Shown: positions 1 through 9,993, counted from the stretch's first letter. The stretch: DNA of 64,000 bases from Candidatus Moraniibacteriota bacterium (GCA_942490825.1 CALNYG010000005.1:198240-262239), one strand, 5' to 3'. Notes: generated by a model not told the origin, from the sequence alone. Translations and numbers: made by a program.

Positions 1-260
1 CAACTCCTGTTGCTCGAGCGACAATAGCCGGTGAAAAAATTTCTCGAGGGTGGGTGATGGTTTGGCTGATTGTTCCAATCCCGACGACTTCTGCACCCAT
101 ACACCTTCCTCTGGAATCGACGAATAAAACGATCAAATGTTCTTTTTTCCAGTCGGTTATTAAGTCTTTGGCGATTTCAACAGCGTCTTCTGGAGAATCT
201 ATTTTTTTCTGTTCGTTGTTGAATTCTTTTTTTAGGGGGTTGTTAGGTTTGATCTTCATG
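1..260 (-). CDS. radC: RadC-like JAB/MPN domain protein, N-terminal part (C-terminus lies beyond window start)
   Basis: Not in the ORF track (no stop inside window). Reverse-strand translation from ATG at 260 gives MKIKPNNPLKKEF..EDAVEIAKDLITDWKKEHLIVLFVDSRGRCMGAEVVGIGTISQTITHPREIFSPAIVARATGV. This fits the RadC core pattern just upstream of the expected HNHPSG motif. Confidence 0.6.
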
Positions 261-345
261 CTTTTGCATTTTAGGTTTAAATAAACTTGCTTATTTGGCA
301 AATTTATTATATTATTATACTTTAATTTAATTATACAACAAATTG

Positions 346-1389
346 ATGAAAAAAACATCTTCTACTAATGAATCAGATTATAATCATGAAATAGAATACA
401 CTGAGGTTGAGCCTTGCGATGAATTTTATGAGACTTTTTCTGATGAGGAGATTTTGGATATTATTCGAAATCTAGAATCTTCGAGGGTAATTGATTTAAA
501 ATATACTTACTATGGTATTGGAGCTAAATATTGGAATTCTTTTGTAAATGATATAACTACTGCCTCTGCCGAGAGAGAATTGCTAGAGCATGTTTTTGAT
601 TTAATCTTACAACACATCAAAAAATTTGATATTGATCAAGTTAATTTAGTTGATATTGGAGTAGGTAATGCCTTACCTGTAAAGAAGCTTATACAAAAAC
701 TTCATAACAAAGAAATTTTGAATAAATACATAGGCTTGGATATTAGTCAAGAAATGTTTAAATATGCTGAAGAAAATATAAAAAAAATTATTCCAAAAAG
801 TAAGCTAATAATGTATAAATGTGATATTGAGAAGGATAATATTTATTCAAAACTTTATAAAAATAAAAAAAATTCTAAGAAAAAAGTGTGCAATATATTA
901 GTTGAGTTGGGTAAAACAATTGGTAATCATGGAAATGTACTCACTGTATTGGAGAATATTCATAATAGTTTAGATAAAGAAGATTTGTTTTTTGTTTCTG
1001 ATAAAATTTTACAAAAGCAAAACATTATTAATAGTTCTCAATTGTTTACTCCTGGAATTTTACAAATGTTTACTTGGATTTTACAATATACAGGAGTTGA
1101 AACAACCTCTTTAGATTTTTCTTATCATTATGATGAAGAAAAAAGTTTGCGTTATATAATAGCATCTTTAGATAAAAGCTATTCAATTTGTTTTAAGGTT
1201 TTTGGAACAACTCGAAAATTAGTTTTGCCCAAAGGAACTGAAATTAGAATTTTTAATCACTCCCCCCTTGATTATGCGGAGGTAATTAAATGGTATGAAA
1301 AAACAGGTCTTTTTTTGTCTTCCCTTAACACTACTTCAGATAAAAGAGAGGCTTTAGTAGGATTTTCTTTGGAAGTGAATGATGAGTAA
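346..1389 (+). CDS. SAM-dependent methyltransferase, EgtD/Methyltransf_33-like
   Basis: Track ORF 343..1389; first ATG at 346. Motif I-like LVDIGVGNALPVKKL, YIGLDISQEM, and ELGKTIGN resembling the FLGSTIGN block of histidine-specific methyltransferases. Confidence 0.5.
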   Translation: MKKTSSTNESDYNHEIEYTEVEPCDEFYETFSDEEILDIIRNLESSRVIDLKYTYYGIGAKYWNSFVNDITTASAERELLEHVFDLILQHIKKFDIDQVNLVDIGVGNALPVKKLIQKLHNKEILNKYIGLDISQEMFKYAEENIKKIIPKSKLIMYKCDIEKDNIYSKLYKNKKNSKKKVCNILVELGKTIGNHGNVLTVLENIHNSLDKEDLFFVSDKILQKQNIINSSQLFTPGILQMFTWILQYTGVETTSLDFSYHYDEEKSLRYIIASLDKSYSICFKVFGTTRKLVLPKGTEIRIFNHSPLDYAEVIKWYEKTGLFLSSLNTTSDKREALVGFSLEVNDE

Positions 1390-1413
1390 AAATTTTTAAA
1401 CTTTCTTGAATTT

Positions 1414-1445
1414 AAAAACCACCAAATATTTTTGGTGGTTTTTTT
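1414..1445. terminator. Bidirectional intrinsic terminator between convergent genes
   Basis: AAAAACCACCAAATATTTTTGGTGGTTTTTT: perfect stem flanked by an A-run and a T-run. Confidence 0.8.
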
Positions 1446-1468
1446 GTTTTTTGCAGATTTTTAAATTT

Positions 1469-4400
1469 CTATAAATCAGTAACCCGCCCAATCTCATTAA
1501 AACTCGTAGCCCCTTCCAAAACCTTCAAAACACCATCTTGCGTCATCGTCAACATACCATTCTCAATCGCCTTCTTTTTAATTACAGAAGCCATTTCATG
1601 ATGAGAAATCATTATTCGTAACTCATCATCCATTACAAAAATCTCACTAATAACAGTACGACCTTTATAACCAATTCCATTACATTTTTCACAGCCAACA
1701 GGTTCATATAAATAACTCATTTCAGGAATCGGAAAATCAATTTTTGGACTTAAAGTTTCAATAACTTTTTTTATAGCATTTTTTTGCTCATCAGTAATTG
1801 CAACTTTCTTTTTACAATCGCAAAGTTTTCGTATTAACCTTTGAGCGATGAACGCATTAACAGAAGTAGTAATATCATCGGTGCCAATTCCCAAATTTAA
1901 TAATCTTTGAATGGCTCCAACAGCGTCATTTGTATGTAGTGAAGAAATCAACAAATGCCCAGTTAAGGCGGCATTCACTGCAGTTTTAGCAGTTTCATCA
2001 TCACGAATCTCACCAACCAACATTATATCTGGATCTTGACGAAGAAGTGATCGCAAAGCGGACGCAAAAGTATAATCATTTTTCTTATCAATTTGAGTTT
2101 GTAAAATCCCGTCTAACTGATACTCAATTGGATCTTCAATCGTTATAATTTTAACTTCAGAATTTTGAATTTCTTTTAGCACACTGTAAAGAGTAGTGGT
2201 TTTACCAGAGCCAGTTGGTCCAGTATTTAAAATTATTCCATAAGGTTTTTTAGCTTCATTAATAATTTTTTTCAAATTATAATCTCTAATTCCAAGTTTG
2301 CGAATATTTAAATCCACAGTCTCTCTATTCAACAAACGCAATACAACTGTTTCACCAAATCCGCCAGCAATAATTGAAACACGAATGTCCATTTTAAAAT
2401 CATCTTCATCGATAGGTGTTTCATAAACAACTCGGAAACGACTGTCAGAAACTCCTTGCCGAACAGTAGTTGGAATATTACTTAATTCCTTAATCTTTCC
2501 AATTAGTGAAGGGTAGTTAATCAAAGGAATTTCTGCCATATCTTGCAAAACTCCATCAATCCTCATTCTAATAAAAACTTTTTCTTCTTGAGGCTCAATG
2601 TGAATATCACTAGCTCGTAAAAATTTTCCATAAGCGAAGATTAAGGGGAGCATGTCTTGATCGGTGGCACCATTAATTTTTTCATTAACAAAATCTTTTT
2701 TGTGAGATGGCTCTTGCGATATATTCTGTTTTTCAATATCAACAAAAACACCACGAGAAAGTGTTTGAAACATTAAGTCGTCATAAAGTTTTTTAATCAA
2801 ATCACTTTCAGAAGCTACTCGGAAAATTTCTTCCATCGAGGTTACTCCGTTAATAGCTTTTAAAATACCGTCTTGAGTCATGGTAATAAAACCTTCTTCG
2901 ATAGCAGCTCTCATAATTTCGGTTTCACTATCCATGTTTAAAATTAATTGTTCAATTTTTTCGCTAATTGTCAAAACTTCGAAAATACCAATTCGTCCTT
3001 TGTAGCCAGTGTTGTTACATTTTTTGCAACCTTTTGGTTTATACAAATTATAAACTGTTTTTGGAATAGCAACTTTAGCCTTTGGGGATATCAAAGTTAA
3101 CATTTGTAGTATGGTTTCAATAGTTTCTTGAGCAGGTTCATATTTTTCTTTGCAATCACATAGACGTCGAACTAGTCTTTGTGCCATAAAGATATTTGTA
3201 GCTGGTGGAATTAGGGTTGGTTTTACGCCTAACTCTAGTAGGCGGGAAACAGTTGCTGGTGCATTATTTGTATGCAAAGTGGAGAGTACTAAGTGCCCAG
3301 TTAAAGCAGCATTAATGGCTGTATCAGCGGTTTCATCATCACGAATCTCACCAACTAAAATTACATCAGGGTCTTGACGAACGATAGCACGAAGACCTTT
3401 GGAAAAAGTATAATTTTTATTTTTAGAAACTTCAGTTTGGGAAATTCCCTCTATTTCATACTCGATTGGATCTTCAATTGTTATAATTTTCAGATCAGGG
3501 GTTTTAATATAATTTACTAAAGTATAAAGGGTGGTAGTTTTACCAGATCCAGTTGGTCCAGTGGTTAGAATCATTCCAGTATTTTTAGTAGTAGCGTTTT
3601 GGACATCTTCAGCAGCTTTTCCAGTTAATCCTAATTCTGACATGTGAACGTTAACTGATGCATTATCTAAAAGACGCATCACAATTCCTTCAAATTTTTT
3701 TCCAGGAATTGTGCTCACACGAACATCAATGTTACGATGATTATTTATACTAAAAGAAAAGTGACCATCCTGAGCTTCTTTTTTAATATTAATTTTCATT
3801 TTGCTCATGAGTTTAATACGAGAAAGAGCAAGTTTGTAAGTTTTGTGGGGGAAGTTAACAATGTCTTGTAAAACACCATCAATTCTGTAGCGTAAACGCA
3901 CATCTTTTTTTTGTGGCTCAAGATGGATATCACTGACATTTAGTTTTATTGCAGCAGAAAAAAGGATATGTAAGAGTTCAGTGGTCGGCATTGAGTCAAT
4001 TTTATTTTTTAAATCAATCAACTTTCCGATTCCTTCATTAAAATTTTCTAATTCTTCACCAGTAAGCATTAAGCGCATCACATCAATTGAGTCGATAAAA
4101 TAAGCGCCACGGTATTGTCTCAGGGACTGTTCTAAAGATGAGGGAGAGATTACATATAATCTAATGTCCCAGTTGTTTGTTTCTTTTAGTTCATTTAAAA
4201 ATATTAGAGCCTCTTTATTCAATGGATCAGTTGTTCCAACTCGAATTAAACTTCCAGCTCTATAAAAAATTACCAAATTGTGTTTTTCAGAAAGTTCTTG
4301 TTTGATTAAAGATACATCATCACTGTTGATAGGTAATAAGTTTAAATCAGCATAGCCCAGTCCTAATTTTCTAGCAATTCGAGAAGCGTATTCTTCAGAG

Positions 4401-4489
4401 CCTTTGTCTTTTAGACGTTCTATTTCTCGTCGGGTCTCTTCTTCATGCAGCGGTTGCATTTTTTGAATTGGTTGTGTTACTTTTACCAT
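1469..4489 (-). CDS. pilB: Tandem-duplicated type II/IV secretion (PilB/GspE-family) ATPase, two complete ATPase modules in one 1006-aa chain
   Basis: N-terminal T2SSE_N-like region. Walker A GPTGSGKTTT occurs twice, Walker B/Asp box (ILVGEIRD / MLVGEIRD) twice, His box (TGHLVLSTLHTN / TGHLLISSLHTN) twice, and tetracysteine clusters (CDCK..CKKC / CDCK..CEKC) twice. Confidence 0.9.
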   Translation of the reverse strand: MVKVTQPIQKMQPLHEEETRREIERLKDKGSEEYASRIARKLGLGYADLNLLPINSDDVSLIKQELSEKHNLVIFYRAGSLIRVGTTDPLNKEALIFLNELKETNNWDIRLYVISPSSLEQSLRQYRGAYFIDSIDVMRLMLTGEELENFNEGIGKLIDLKNKIDSMPTTELLHILFSAAIKLNVSDIHLEPQKKDVRLRYRIDGVLQDIVNFPHKTYKLALSRIKLMSKMKINIKKEAQDGHFSFSINNHRNIDVRVSTIPGKKFEGIVMRLLDNASVNVHMSELGLTGKAAEDVQNATTKNTGMILTTGPTGSGKTTTLYTLVNYIKTPDLKIITIEDPIEYEIEGISQTEVSKNKNYTFSKGLRAIVRQDPDVILVGEIRDDETADTAINAALTGHLVLSTLHTNNAPATVSRLLELGVKPTLIPPATNIFMAQRLVRRLCDCKEKYEPAQETIETILQMLTLISPKAKVAIPKTVYNLYKPKGCKKCNNTGYKGRIGIFEVLTISEKIEQLILNMDSETEIMRAAIEEGFITMTQDGILKAINGVTSMEEIFRVASESDLIKKLYDDLMFQTLSRGVFVDIEKQNISQEPSHKKDFVNEKINGATDQDMLPLIFAYGKFLRASDIHIEPQEEKVFIRMRIDGVLQDMAEIPLINYPSLIGKIKELSNIPTTVRQGVSDSRFRVVYETPIDEDDFKMDIRVSIIAGGFGETVVLRLLNRETVDLNIRKLGIRDYNLKKIINEAKKPYGIILNTGPTGSGKTTTLYSVLKEIQNSEVKIITIEDPIEYQLDGILQTQIDKKNDYTFASALRSLLRQDPDIMLVGEIRDDETAKTAVNAALTGHLLISSLHTNDAVGAIQRLLNLGIGTDDITTSVNAFIAQRLIRKLCDCKKKVAITDEQKNAIKKVIETLSPKIDFPIPEMSYLYEPVGCEKCNGIGYKGRTVISEIFVMDDELRIMISHHEMASVIKKKAIENGMLTMTQDGVLKVLEGATSFNEIGRVTDL

Positions 4490-4668
4490 AGTTTTTTTTA
4501 TTTATTTTCTTTTAGTTTAACAGTTTTTAGGTTTAAATAAAAGGGAGGTTGATCTTTAATTAGACATTCTGTGATTGACTCGAGTCATTTTTAAAGCTAC
4601 AATTATATTCATAAAATTAAAATAGTTTACTTGTATATTTTTGCAAGTTTTAAAATTGACAAAAAATT

Positions 4669-5835
4669 ATGAAAAAAGAAATTATAGAAAAAATAGCTAT
4701 TGGAACAGGTGTAGTTTTTTTGACGGCTGTTGTTATGATCTTTTTGATATTGAAAAAAGAGAAAAATGATCTTCAGAATGAATTGGTTATTGATGAAATA
4801 AAGAGCGTTGAAATTGAAGAAGAAAATGATATTAATGAGACAGTAAATGTTGAAGAAGAAAGTGTTGATTCTAAAAAAGTTGGAGATAAAAAAGAATTTT
4901 TTGAAGAAGTTGAAAATTTAGCTAGTTTAGAAAAAGATATTGAACTCAGAGAAATTGAAGAATATGAAGATGAAAAGGAAGAGATAGAGAAAGAGAAAAA
5001 AACAGATAAAAAAGAGGAAAAAATAATAACAGATAATGTTTTAAAAGAAATTGTTAAAGATAAAGAAGGAAAAAGTGAAAAGATTTTGTTTTTCAAGACT
5101 TACTGTCAGACTTTTTATGGTGATAAGTGTACAAAATATCATACAGCCATTCATTCGTTTGACATTAGCGATGAAAGCGTGAAAGAAATATATGATTTTG
5201 GAGATATAGGAGACAAAGGCGGAGGTTTTTTGTTAGAGCCAGATGATAAAAAGGTATTTTTTCAAACCAAAAGTGGTGGAATAACAGAGTTGAATTTATC
5301 TAATAATAGTTTACGATCAATAATACAAATGAATTATCGGAGTAAAGTTACTGATATGCTAATTGAGGATGATAAATTTTTCTATTTATCAGGAAGCTGT
5401 GGGGAAACTGATAAGTCTGATTGCATTTTGCAATATATGGATATGTCTAATAATTTTTTTAATAAATTTATTGCTAGTGATATTAAAAGTAAAGAGCTGA
5501 GACTTAATACAACGGGTTCTATTACTTTAGGAAGTTATAATAAATCTAAAAAATCCTTATATTTTTTAAAGAGTAAAGTAAGGAATTCGATGGACGGTAG
5601 TTTATATAAAGTTAATATTGATAATGGTGATATAAAATTAGTAGGTAAATTTGGTGATGATGGATATGAAAAATCATTTAAGAAGCGTTATTCAATGGAA
5701 GCAGATGATGAACGTGAACATTGTGAAGATTTAGGTATTTCAATTGACTTAGATAAAATAGTTGATGTAAGTTCAAAGGGACGGGATGAGGGGCGGTATA
5801 CTTTCTATAATGTTCTTGGATGTGTTGAAGATTAG
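4669..5835 (+). CDS. Hypothetical membrane-anchored protein with E/K-rich low-complexity linker
   Basis: One N-terminal TM helix (IAIGTGVVFLTAVVMIFLIL), an acidic repeat-like linker, and a C-terminal globular part with no recognised motif. Confidence 0.5.
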   Translation: MKKEIIEKIAIGTGVVFLTAVVMIFLILKKEKNDLQNELVIDEIKSVEIEEENDINETVNVEEESVDSKKVGDKKEFFEEVENLASLEKDIELREIEEYEDEKEEIEKEKKTDKKEEKIITDNVLKEIVKDKEGKSEKILFFKTYCQTFYGDKCTKYHTAIHSFDISDESVKEIYDFGDIGDKGGGFLLEPDDKKVFFQTKSGGITELNLSNNSLRSIIQMNYRSKVTDMLIEDDKFFYLSGSCGETDKSDCILQYMDMSNNFFNKFIASDIKSKELRLNTTGSITLGSYNKSKKSLYFLKSKVRNSMDGSLYKVNIDNGDIKLVGKFGDDGYEKSFKKRYSMEADDEREHCEDLGISIDLDKIVDVSSKGRDEGRYTFYNVLGCVED

Positions 5836-5995
5836 ATTTTTAAAGAGCTTTTGATTTTGTGGGATTTTTTTATTTACGATTTTTAGTTTAATATACTTAA
5901 CGGTGATTGAAAAAATTGTTTTTATGACTTATAATTATTGGTTAGTTGTTGTTTAAAAATCTGATAAAAATAACCTAAAAAAAGAGGACTATCTA

Positions 5996-6736
5996 ATGAA
6001 AAAGACAGTTTTGGTTGTTGGTGCAAGTAAAGGTTTGGGTTTGGCAATAGTTAATTTTTTGAGAAAAGAATATGGAGAGGAGTTTCAAATTATTGGTGTT
6101 TCTCGAACAAGAGGAGATTTGCCAAAAGAGGTGATTCATCTGCCTTGTGATATTTGTGATGAAGAACAACAAAAAAAGACAATCGATTTAATCAAAAGTG
6201 CTTATCAGCAGATTGACTATTTTATTATGTCGGTTGGCGGAATTAGAGATGACGTTGATAAGGAGTATAAGTTAAATTATATAGCTCCTAAAAATTTCAT
6301 CAATGAGCTGCTAGGCATAGTTGATCATTACTTGGTGATTTCCTCTTTTTCTGCAAAAGATCCAAATAATTACCGTTTTAAGCAAGGTGGTTATAGTTGG
6401 GCGAAAGGCTGTTTATCTAGCTGGGTTTTTTATTTAGAAAAAGCAGGTATTGTCTCTGTGACTTTAGTTGAGCCAGCATTTTTTTATACTGAGCTTATGA
6501 AAAAAGTCAAGGATCCCTTTTTCCCAGCTCGTGTTGAGGTAGTTGCAAAAAGGTCAGTAAAGGCTATGTTAGACAAAAAGAAACATAGTTACCTTTCTTA
6601 TTTTACAGTAATTTTAGGAGTATCATCTTCTATATTGCCAAGATTTATGATGCGACCAACAGATTTTTTGTTAGTTCAAATTTATCGTTTGTCGGTAAAG
6701 ATAGTCAATTGGAAACTGAAAAATTTCAAGTTTTGA
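5996..6736 (+). CDS. Short-chain dehydrogenase/reductase (SDR) family protein
   Basis: N-terminal Rossmann motif VLVVGASKGLGLAI and a YxxxK-like YSWAK. Confidence 0.7.
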   Translation: MKKTVLVVGASKGLGLAIVNFLRKEYGEEFQIIGVSRTRGDLPKEVIHLPCDICDEEQQKKTIDLIKSAYQQIDYFIMSVGGIRDDVDKEYKLNYIAPKNFINELLGIVDHYLVISSFSAKDPNNYRFKQGGYSWAKGCLSSWVFYLEKAGIVSVTLVEPAFFYTELMKKVKDPFFPARVEVVAKRSVKAMLDKKKHSYLSYFTVILGVSSSILPRFMMRPTDFLLVQIYRLSVKIVNWKLKNFKF

Positions 6737-6761
6737 CTTTTAGGTTGAATGATGTTATAAT
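6733..6761 (+). promoter_or_regulatory. Sigma70-type promoter TTGACT-17-TATAAT overlapping the SDR stop codon
   Basis: TTGACT at 6733-6738, a 17-nt spacer, TATAAT at 6756-6761. Confidence 0.55.
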
Positions 6762-6773
6762 ATTAACATCGGG

Positions 6774-6810
6774 TGAGTAAATAGCTTTTAAAGCTGTTTA
6801 CTCATTTTTT
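6774..6810 (+). terminator. Intrinsic terminator-like hairpin plus T-tract, downstream of the 6733 promoter and upstream of the L,D-transpeptidase gene
   Basis: TGAGTAAATAGCTTTTAAAGCTGTTTACTCATTTTTT. Confidence 0.6.
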
Positions 6811-6834
6811 ATTGATAAAAATCATCTATCTCGT

Positions 6835-8124
6835 TTGTCGACAAAAAAGATAGAACAAAACAAAAACAAAATGTCTCAAATCCTTACTTTTCCAACAGAC
6901 AAAAATACCATTGAACAAGCTTTAAGCAGTGAATCCAATGGCTTTAAAGAAATAAAAAAAATAGTAACTTCTTTTTTTCGTAAAAAAGTGGTTTTGTTTG
7001 GTTTAATAATGTTACCAGTTGGCTCAGCTGGGGCAGGAATTACTTTGTATGTGGATGAAAATTCCAGTTCTGAATTTTCAAAGCCAGTTGTAATGAATGA
7101 GACTGTAGTAAATTTAGAAGAAGAAATAAACTTAGAGTTTTCAAATCCAATTTCTAAAGTTGAAGAATATGAAAAAAAGATTGCTGTTTATCCAAGTGAA
7201 AATTTGGTGTTTACTTGGGATCTTGAAAAAACTCATTTAAAAATTACTCCTGTAAATATTTGGCAACCTGAAACTGAATATACATTGTCAGTGCCTAAAG
7301 TTAGTCTTGAGGATAATACACCATCTTATTTATTTACTTTTAACACATTAGCTTATCCTAAAATTATAAAAACAACCCCAGCTGAAGGTGAACAAGGATT
7401 TGTTTTTGATCAAGATAATAAAGTTTCAATTCAGTTTGATAAAAATACTGATGATTTTGATATTCAAGTAGTTTCACGACCATTTATTGAAACAGAACAA
7501 AGCTATGATCCTGAAAACAAAACGTTGATTATTACGCCGTTAGAGGAAGTGAAAAATTTTGGTTCTCATACAATTACAGTATTTGTTAAACATAAGAAAC
7601 AAGAACAGCGTGATTTTTTTCCAATAGGAGCTTTGACATTCAGTACTCTTTTGCCAATGCCTGAGGAGTGGCCTGAACAGTATAAAGAAAGATTAGAAAT
7701 TGCACGTAAATCTACTGTGGCTAAAGTTAAAAAGGGTAAATATATTGATGTAAATTTAAATGCTCAAATAACTACTTTGTTCGAAGATGGAAAATTTGTT
7801 GAAAATTTCGTGTCTTCAACTGGTGCCACTGATACTCCAACTCCCACAGGAGAATTTCAGATCTACAATAAACATCCTTATGCTTTGTCTAATATGTTTC
7901 AAGTTTATATGCCTTATTGGATGGCTTTTACTCCGGATGGTTTGTATGGATTTCATGATCTACCTGTTTGGCCAGAGGGGCATCCTGATATGCCTGAGGG
8001 AGGCAAGGAGAGTATAAATAGTATTGGTTCTCCGGTTGGTCCTGGTTGTGTTCGGCACAATGCTCATGATTCTCAGGAGATGTACGAGTGGGCGGAAGTT
8101 GGAACCAAGGTTGTTATTTATTAA
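6835..8124 (+). CDS. L,D-transpeptidase (YkuD domain) with N-terminal Ig-like region
   Basis: C-terminal YkuD signature: TPTPTGEFQIYNK .. GFHDLP .. GSPVGPGCVRHNAHD (catalytic His/Cys context). TTG at 6835; the first ATG is at 6871, so the start is uncertain. Confidence 0.8.
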   Translation: MSTKKIEQNKNKMSQILTFPTDKNTIEQALSSESNGFKEIKKIVTSFFRKKVVLFGLIMLPVGSAGAGITLYVDENSSSEFSKPVVMNETVVNLEEEINLEFSNPISKVEEYEKKIAVYPSENLVFTWDLEKTHLKITPVNIWQPETEYTLSVPKVSLEDNTPSYLFTFNTLAYPKIIKTTPAEGEQGFVFDQDNKVSIQFDKNTDDFDIQVVSRPFIETEQSYDPENKTLIITPLEEVKNFGSHTITVFVKHKKQEQRDFFPIGALTFSTLLPMPEEWPEQYKERLEIARKSTVAKVKKGKYIDVNLNAQITTLFEDGKFVENFVSSTGATDTPTPTGEFQIYNKHPYALSNMFQVYMPYWMAFTPDGLYGFHDLPVWPEGHPDMPEGGKESINSIGSPVGPGCVRHNAHDSQEMYEWAEVGTKVVIY

Positions 8125-8563
8125 AATATTAAATAGAATATTTATGATTTATTGAGATTGTTAAGTTTATCTTTTGTGTAAAAAATGTATTATTTATTAT
8201 GCCATTCCTAATAAAATACTCCACACCTTAAATAAGAGATAATTTGTTTTTCTCTTCTTTTAAATAAAATAAAGATTGTGGAGAGATTTGTTGATTCTGA
8301 TATAACTAATTGTTTTTTTGCAGACAGGACTTCAAACCCTGTTTTTACAGGGGACGAATCCCTGTCTGCTAAGTTTTTCAATTCATCTCTAATACTTCTG
8401 ATACCATCTTTAATAAATTATTTTATACCTTAAATAAAGTATTGTTTGTTTGTTTTTTATTTTAAATAATAAAATTAAATCAGGATTATAGAAGATTTTG
8501 TTGGTTTTGGTGTTATAACTCCTAATTTAAAAACCACCAGTTAAACTGGTGGTCTTTTACTTC

Positions 8564-9685
8564 CTAAATAATTTTTTTAACAACGTTTTTATAATCATCC
8601 ATTTCCATGAGAAAAGAAATTGTTTTTGCTAATCTATTGCTATCATGTCGGATAAATGAGCGATTATCAGCAATTTCATCATTCTTTCTTTTTTTAGCGG
8701 CGGACGTTTTTAAAATATTTGCTAGGACAACTTGATAATTTCTTTTTTTTCTATCTTCTTTATTAAATTCAACAATCGATTTTTTGCCTTCACGTTTCTC
8801 ATATTTTTCAATTAAATTTTTTCGAGGTTTTTTATCGCTACAGATAACAAAGTCAATCCGTTTTTTTCCGAGATAACTATTAATGGAATCAACATAATCA
8901 TCTACGCTAAATTTTTCTGTTTGACCTTTTTTATTTGTTAAATTGCAATTGTAAATAACTTTGGCTTTTGATTTTTGGATTGCTTTTGAGATTCCTTCAA
9001 CTAATAAATTTGGGACTATTGATCCGTAATGATCACCAGGTCCGATGATGATTGCGTCTGCTTTTTGAATGGCTTGTAAAGCTTTTTTGTGAGTTTTTGC
9101 TTTTGGTTTTAAATAGACTTTGCTTACACTATACTTTCGGACATCTTTATTGTGATCGAGCCATTTTTCGCCAACTAAAACTTCTTTGTTTTTTAGTTTG
9201 ATACATAAATTCATTTCTTCTTCTGATACAGGTATTACTTTTCCTTTGATATTTAAGATGTCAGAGATATGTTCTACACCATTTAAAAATCCACCTTCTG
9301 TTTTTTCTAAAGCACTTAAAAATAAATTTCCGAAATTGTGTCCTTCTAGCTCGCCTTTTTCAAATCTGTAATTCATTAAATTTCTTAAAGTCTCAGAAGA
9401 ATTGGAAAGTGCGACTAAACATTGGCGGACATCTCCTGGGGGAAGTACACCTAATTCATCTCTTAATCTTCCGGTTGATCCGCCGTCGTCTGCCATGGAA
9501 ACGATTGCGGAAATGTTTAGGGGGTATTTTTTTAATCCTGAAAGTAAAGTAAAGCTTCCTGTTCCGCCTCCAATTGTGACTATGTTTTTCATTTTTTTAA
9601 ATTTAAAATTTAATGTTTCTAGTCTTTGATAAATTATAGTTTTTATGTGAGGATTTTGCAAGGGTTTAAGTTTCTTGTTTGACAT
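8564..9685 (-). CDS. yvcK: YvcK/GlmR-like UPF0052 (CofD-family) protein
   Basis: IVTIGGGTGSFTLLSGLK .. SAIVSMADDGGSTGRLRDELGVLPPGDVRQCLVALS. The likely true start is the internal MKNIVTIGGG (about 9592). Confidence 0.8.
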   Translation of the reverse strand: MSNKKLKPLQNPHIKTIIYQRLETLNFKFKKMKNIVTIGGGTGSFTLLSGLKKYPLNISAIVSMADDGGSTGRLRDELGVLPPGDVRQCLVALSNSSETLRNLMNYRFEKGELEGHNFGNLFLSALEKTEGGFLNGVEHISDILNIKGKVIPVSEEEMNLCIKLKNKEVLVGEKWLDHNKDVRKYSVSKVYLKPKAKTHKKALQAIQKADAIIIGPGDHYGSIVPNLLVEGISKAIQKSKAKVIYNCNLTNKKGQTEKFSVDDYVDSINSYLGKKRIDFVICSDKKPRKNLIEKYEKREGKKSIVEFNKEDRKKRNYQVVLANILKTSAAKKRKNDEIADNRSFIRHDSNRLAKTISFLMEMDDYKNVVKKII

Positions 9686-9993
9686 TATAATTTTTTGAAG
9701 TGATGTATTTATGGTTTTGTGATTTTTTGTGGGGGATTCTTCACTGCATAAATTTTTTTTATAAAAAATTTATTGCGTTCAGAATGACAGTAAATTTTTT
9801 AGAATTTAGAAAAAGGTTAAATGGTGAAAAGCCCGTGCGGCGAGCACTTTATTTATTTTATGAAATTTTAATGGAGGGGCTTGCGTAAATTTTAAAAATA
9901 GTTTACTATATAGAGAGTATTAATTAACTAATTCTCGCGTAGGGTGGTAGGGTGGTAATTTAGTTTACGACTTTATTGCAGGATTAAATATAT

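Noticed and set aside
3150-3377. Antisense or alternative-frame ORFs nested in long genes. Examples: 3150-3377 in pilB, 4773-5096, 7787-8017, 9186-9629 in yvcK, 12000-12200, 12855-13064, 22312-23357 and 23373-23954 around pnp, 32939-33166, 40462-41457 in murE, 47979-48326 in lemA, 61039-62260 around nusA.
   Set aside because: Each is fully contained in, or antisense to, an ORF with strong family motifs. Their products are low-complexity or codon-mirror artefacts with no start-site signals.
8140-8560. Possible ncRNA in the long spacer after the L,D-transpeptidase gene (hairpin GCAGACAGG..CCTGTCTGC with inner CCCTGT..ACAGGG).
   Set aside because: It matches no RNA family I can recognise. The stem sequence belongs to the CTGTCTGC mini-hairpin repeat family, so it is treated as repeat DNA.
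9700-9888. Small ORFs lying entirely in repeat-filled spacers (9700-9888, 12447-12680, 15437-15628, 26332-26774, 55943-56161, 60149-60334).
   Set aside because: Their sequences are the dispersed non-coding modules, which recur in different frames and strands at other loci. Protein coding is therefore not supported.
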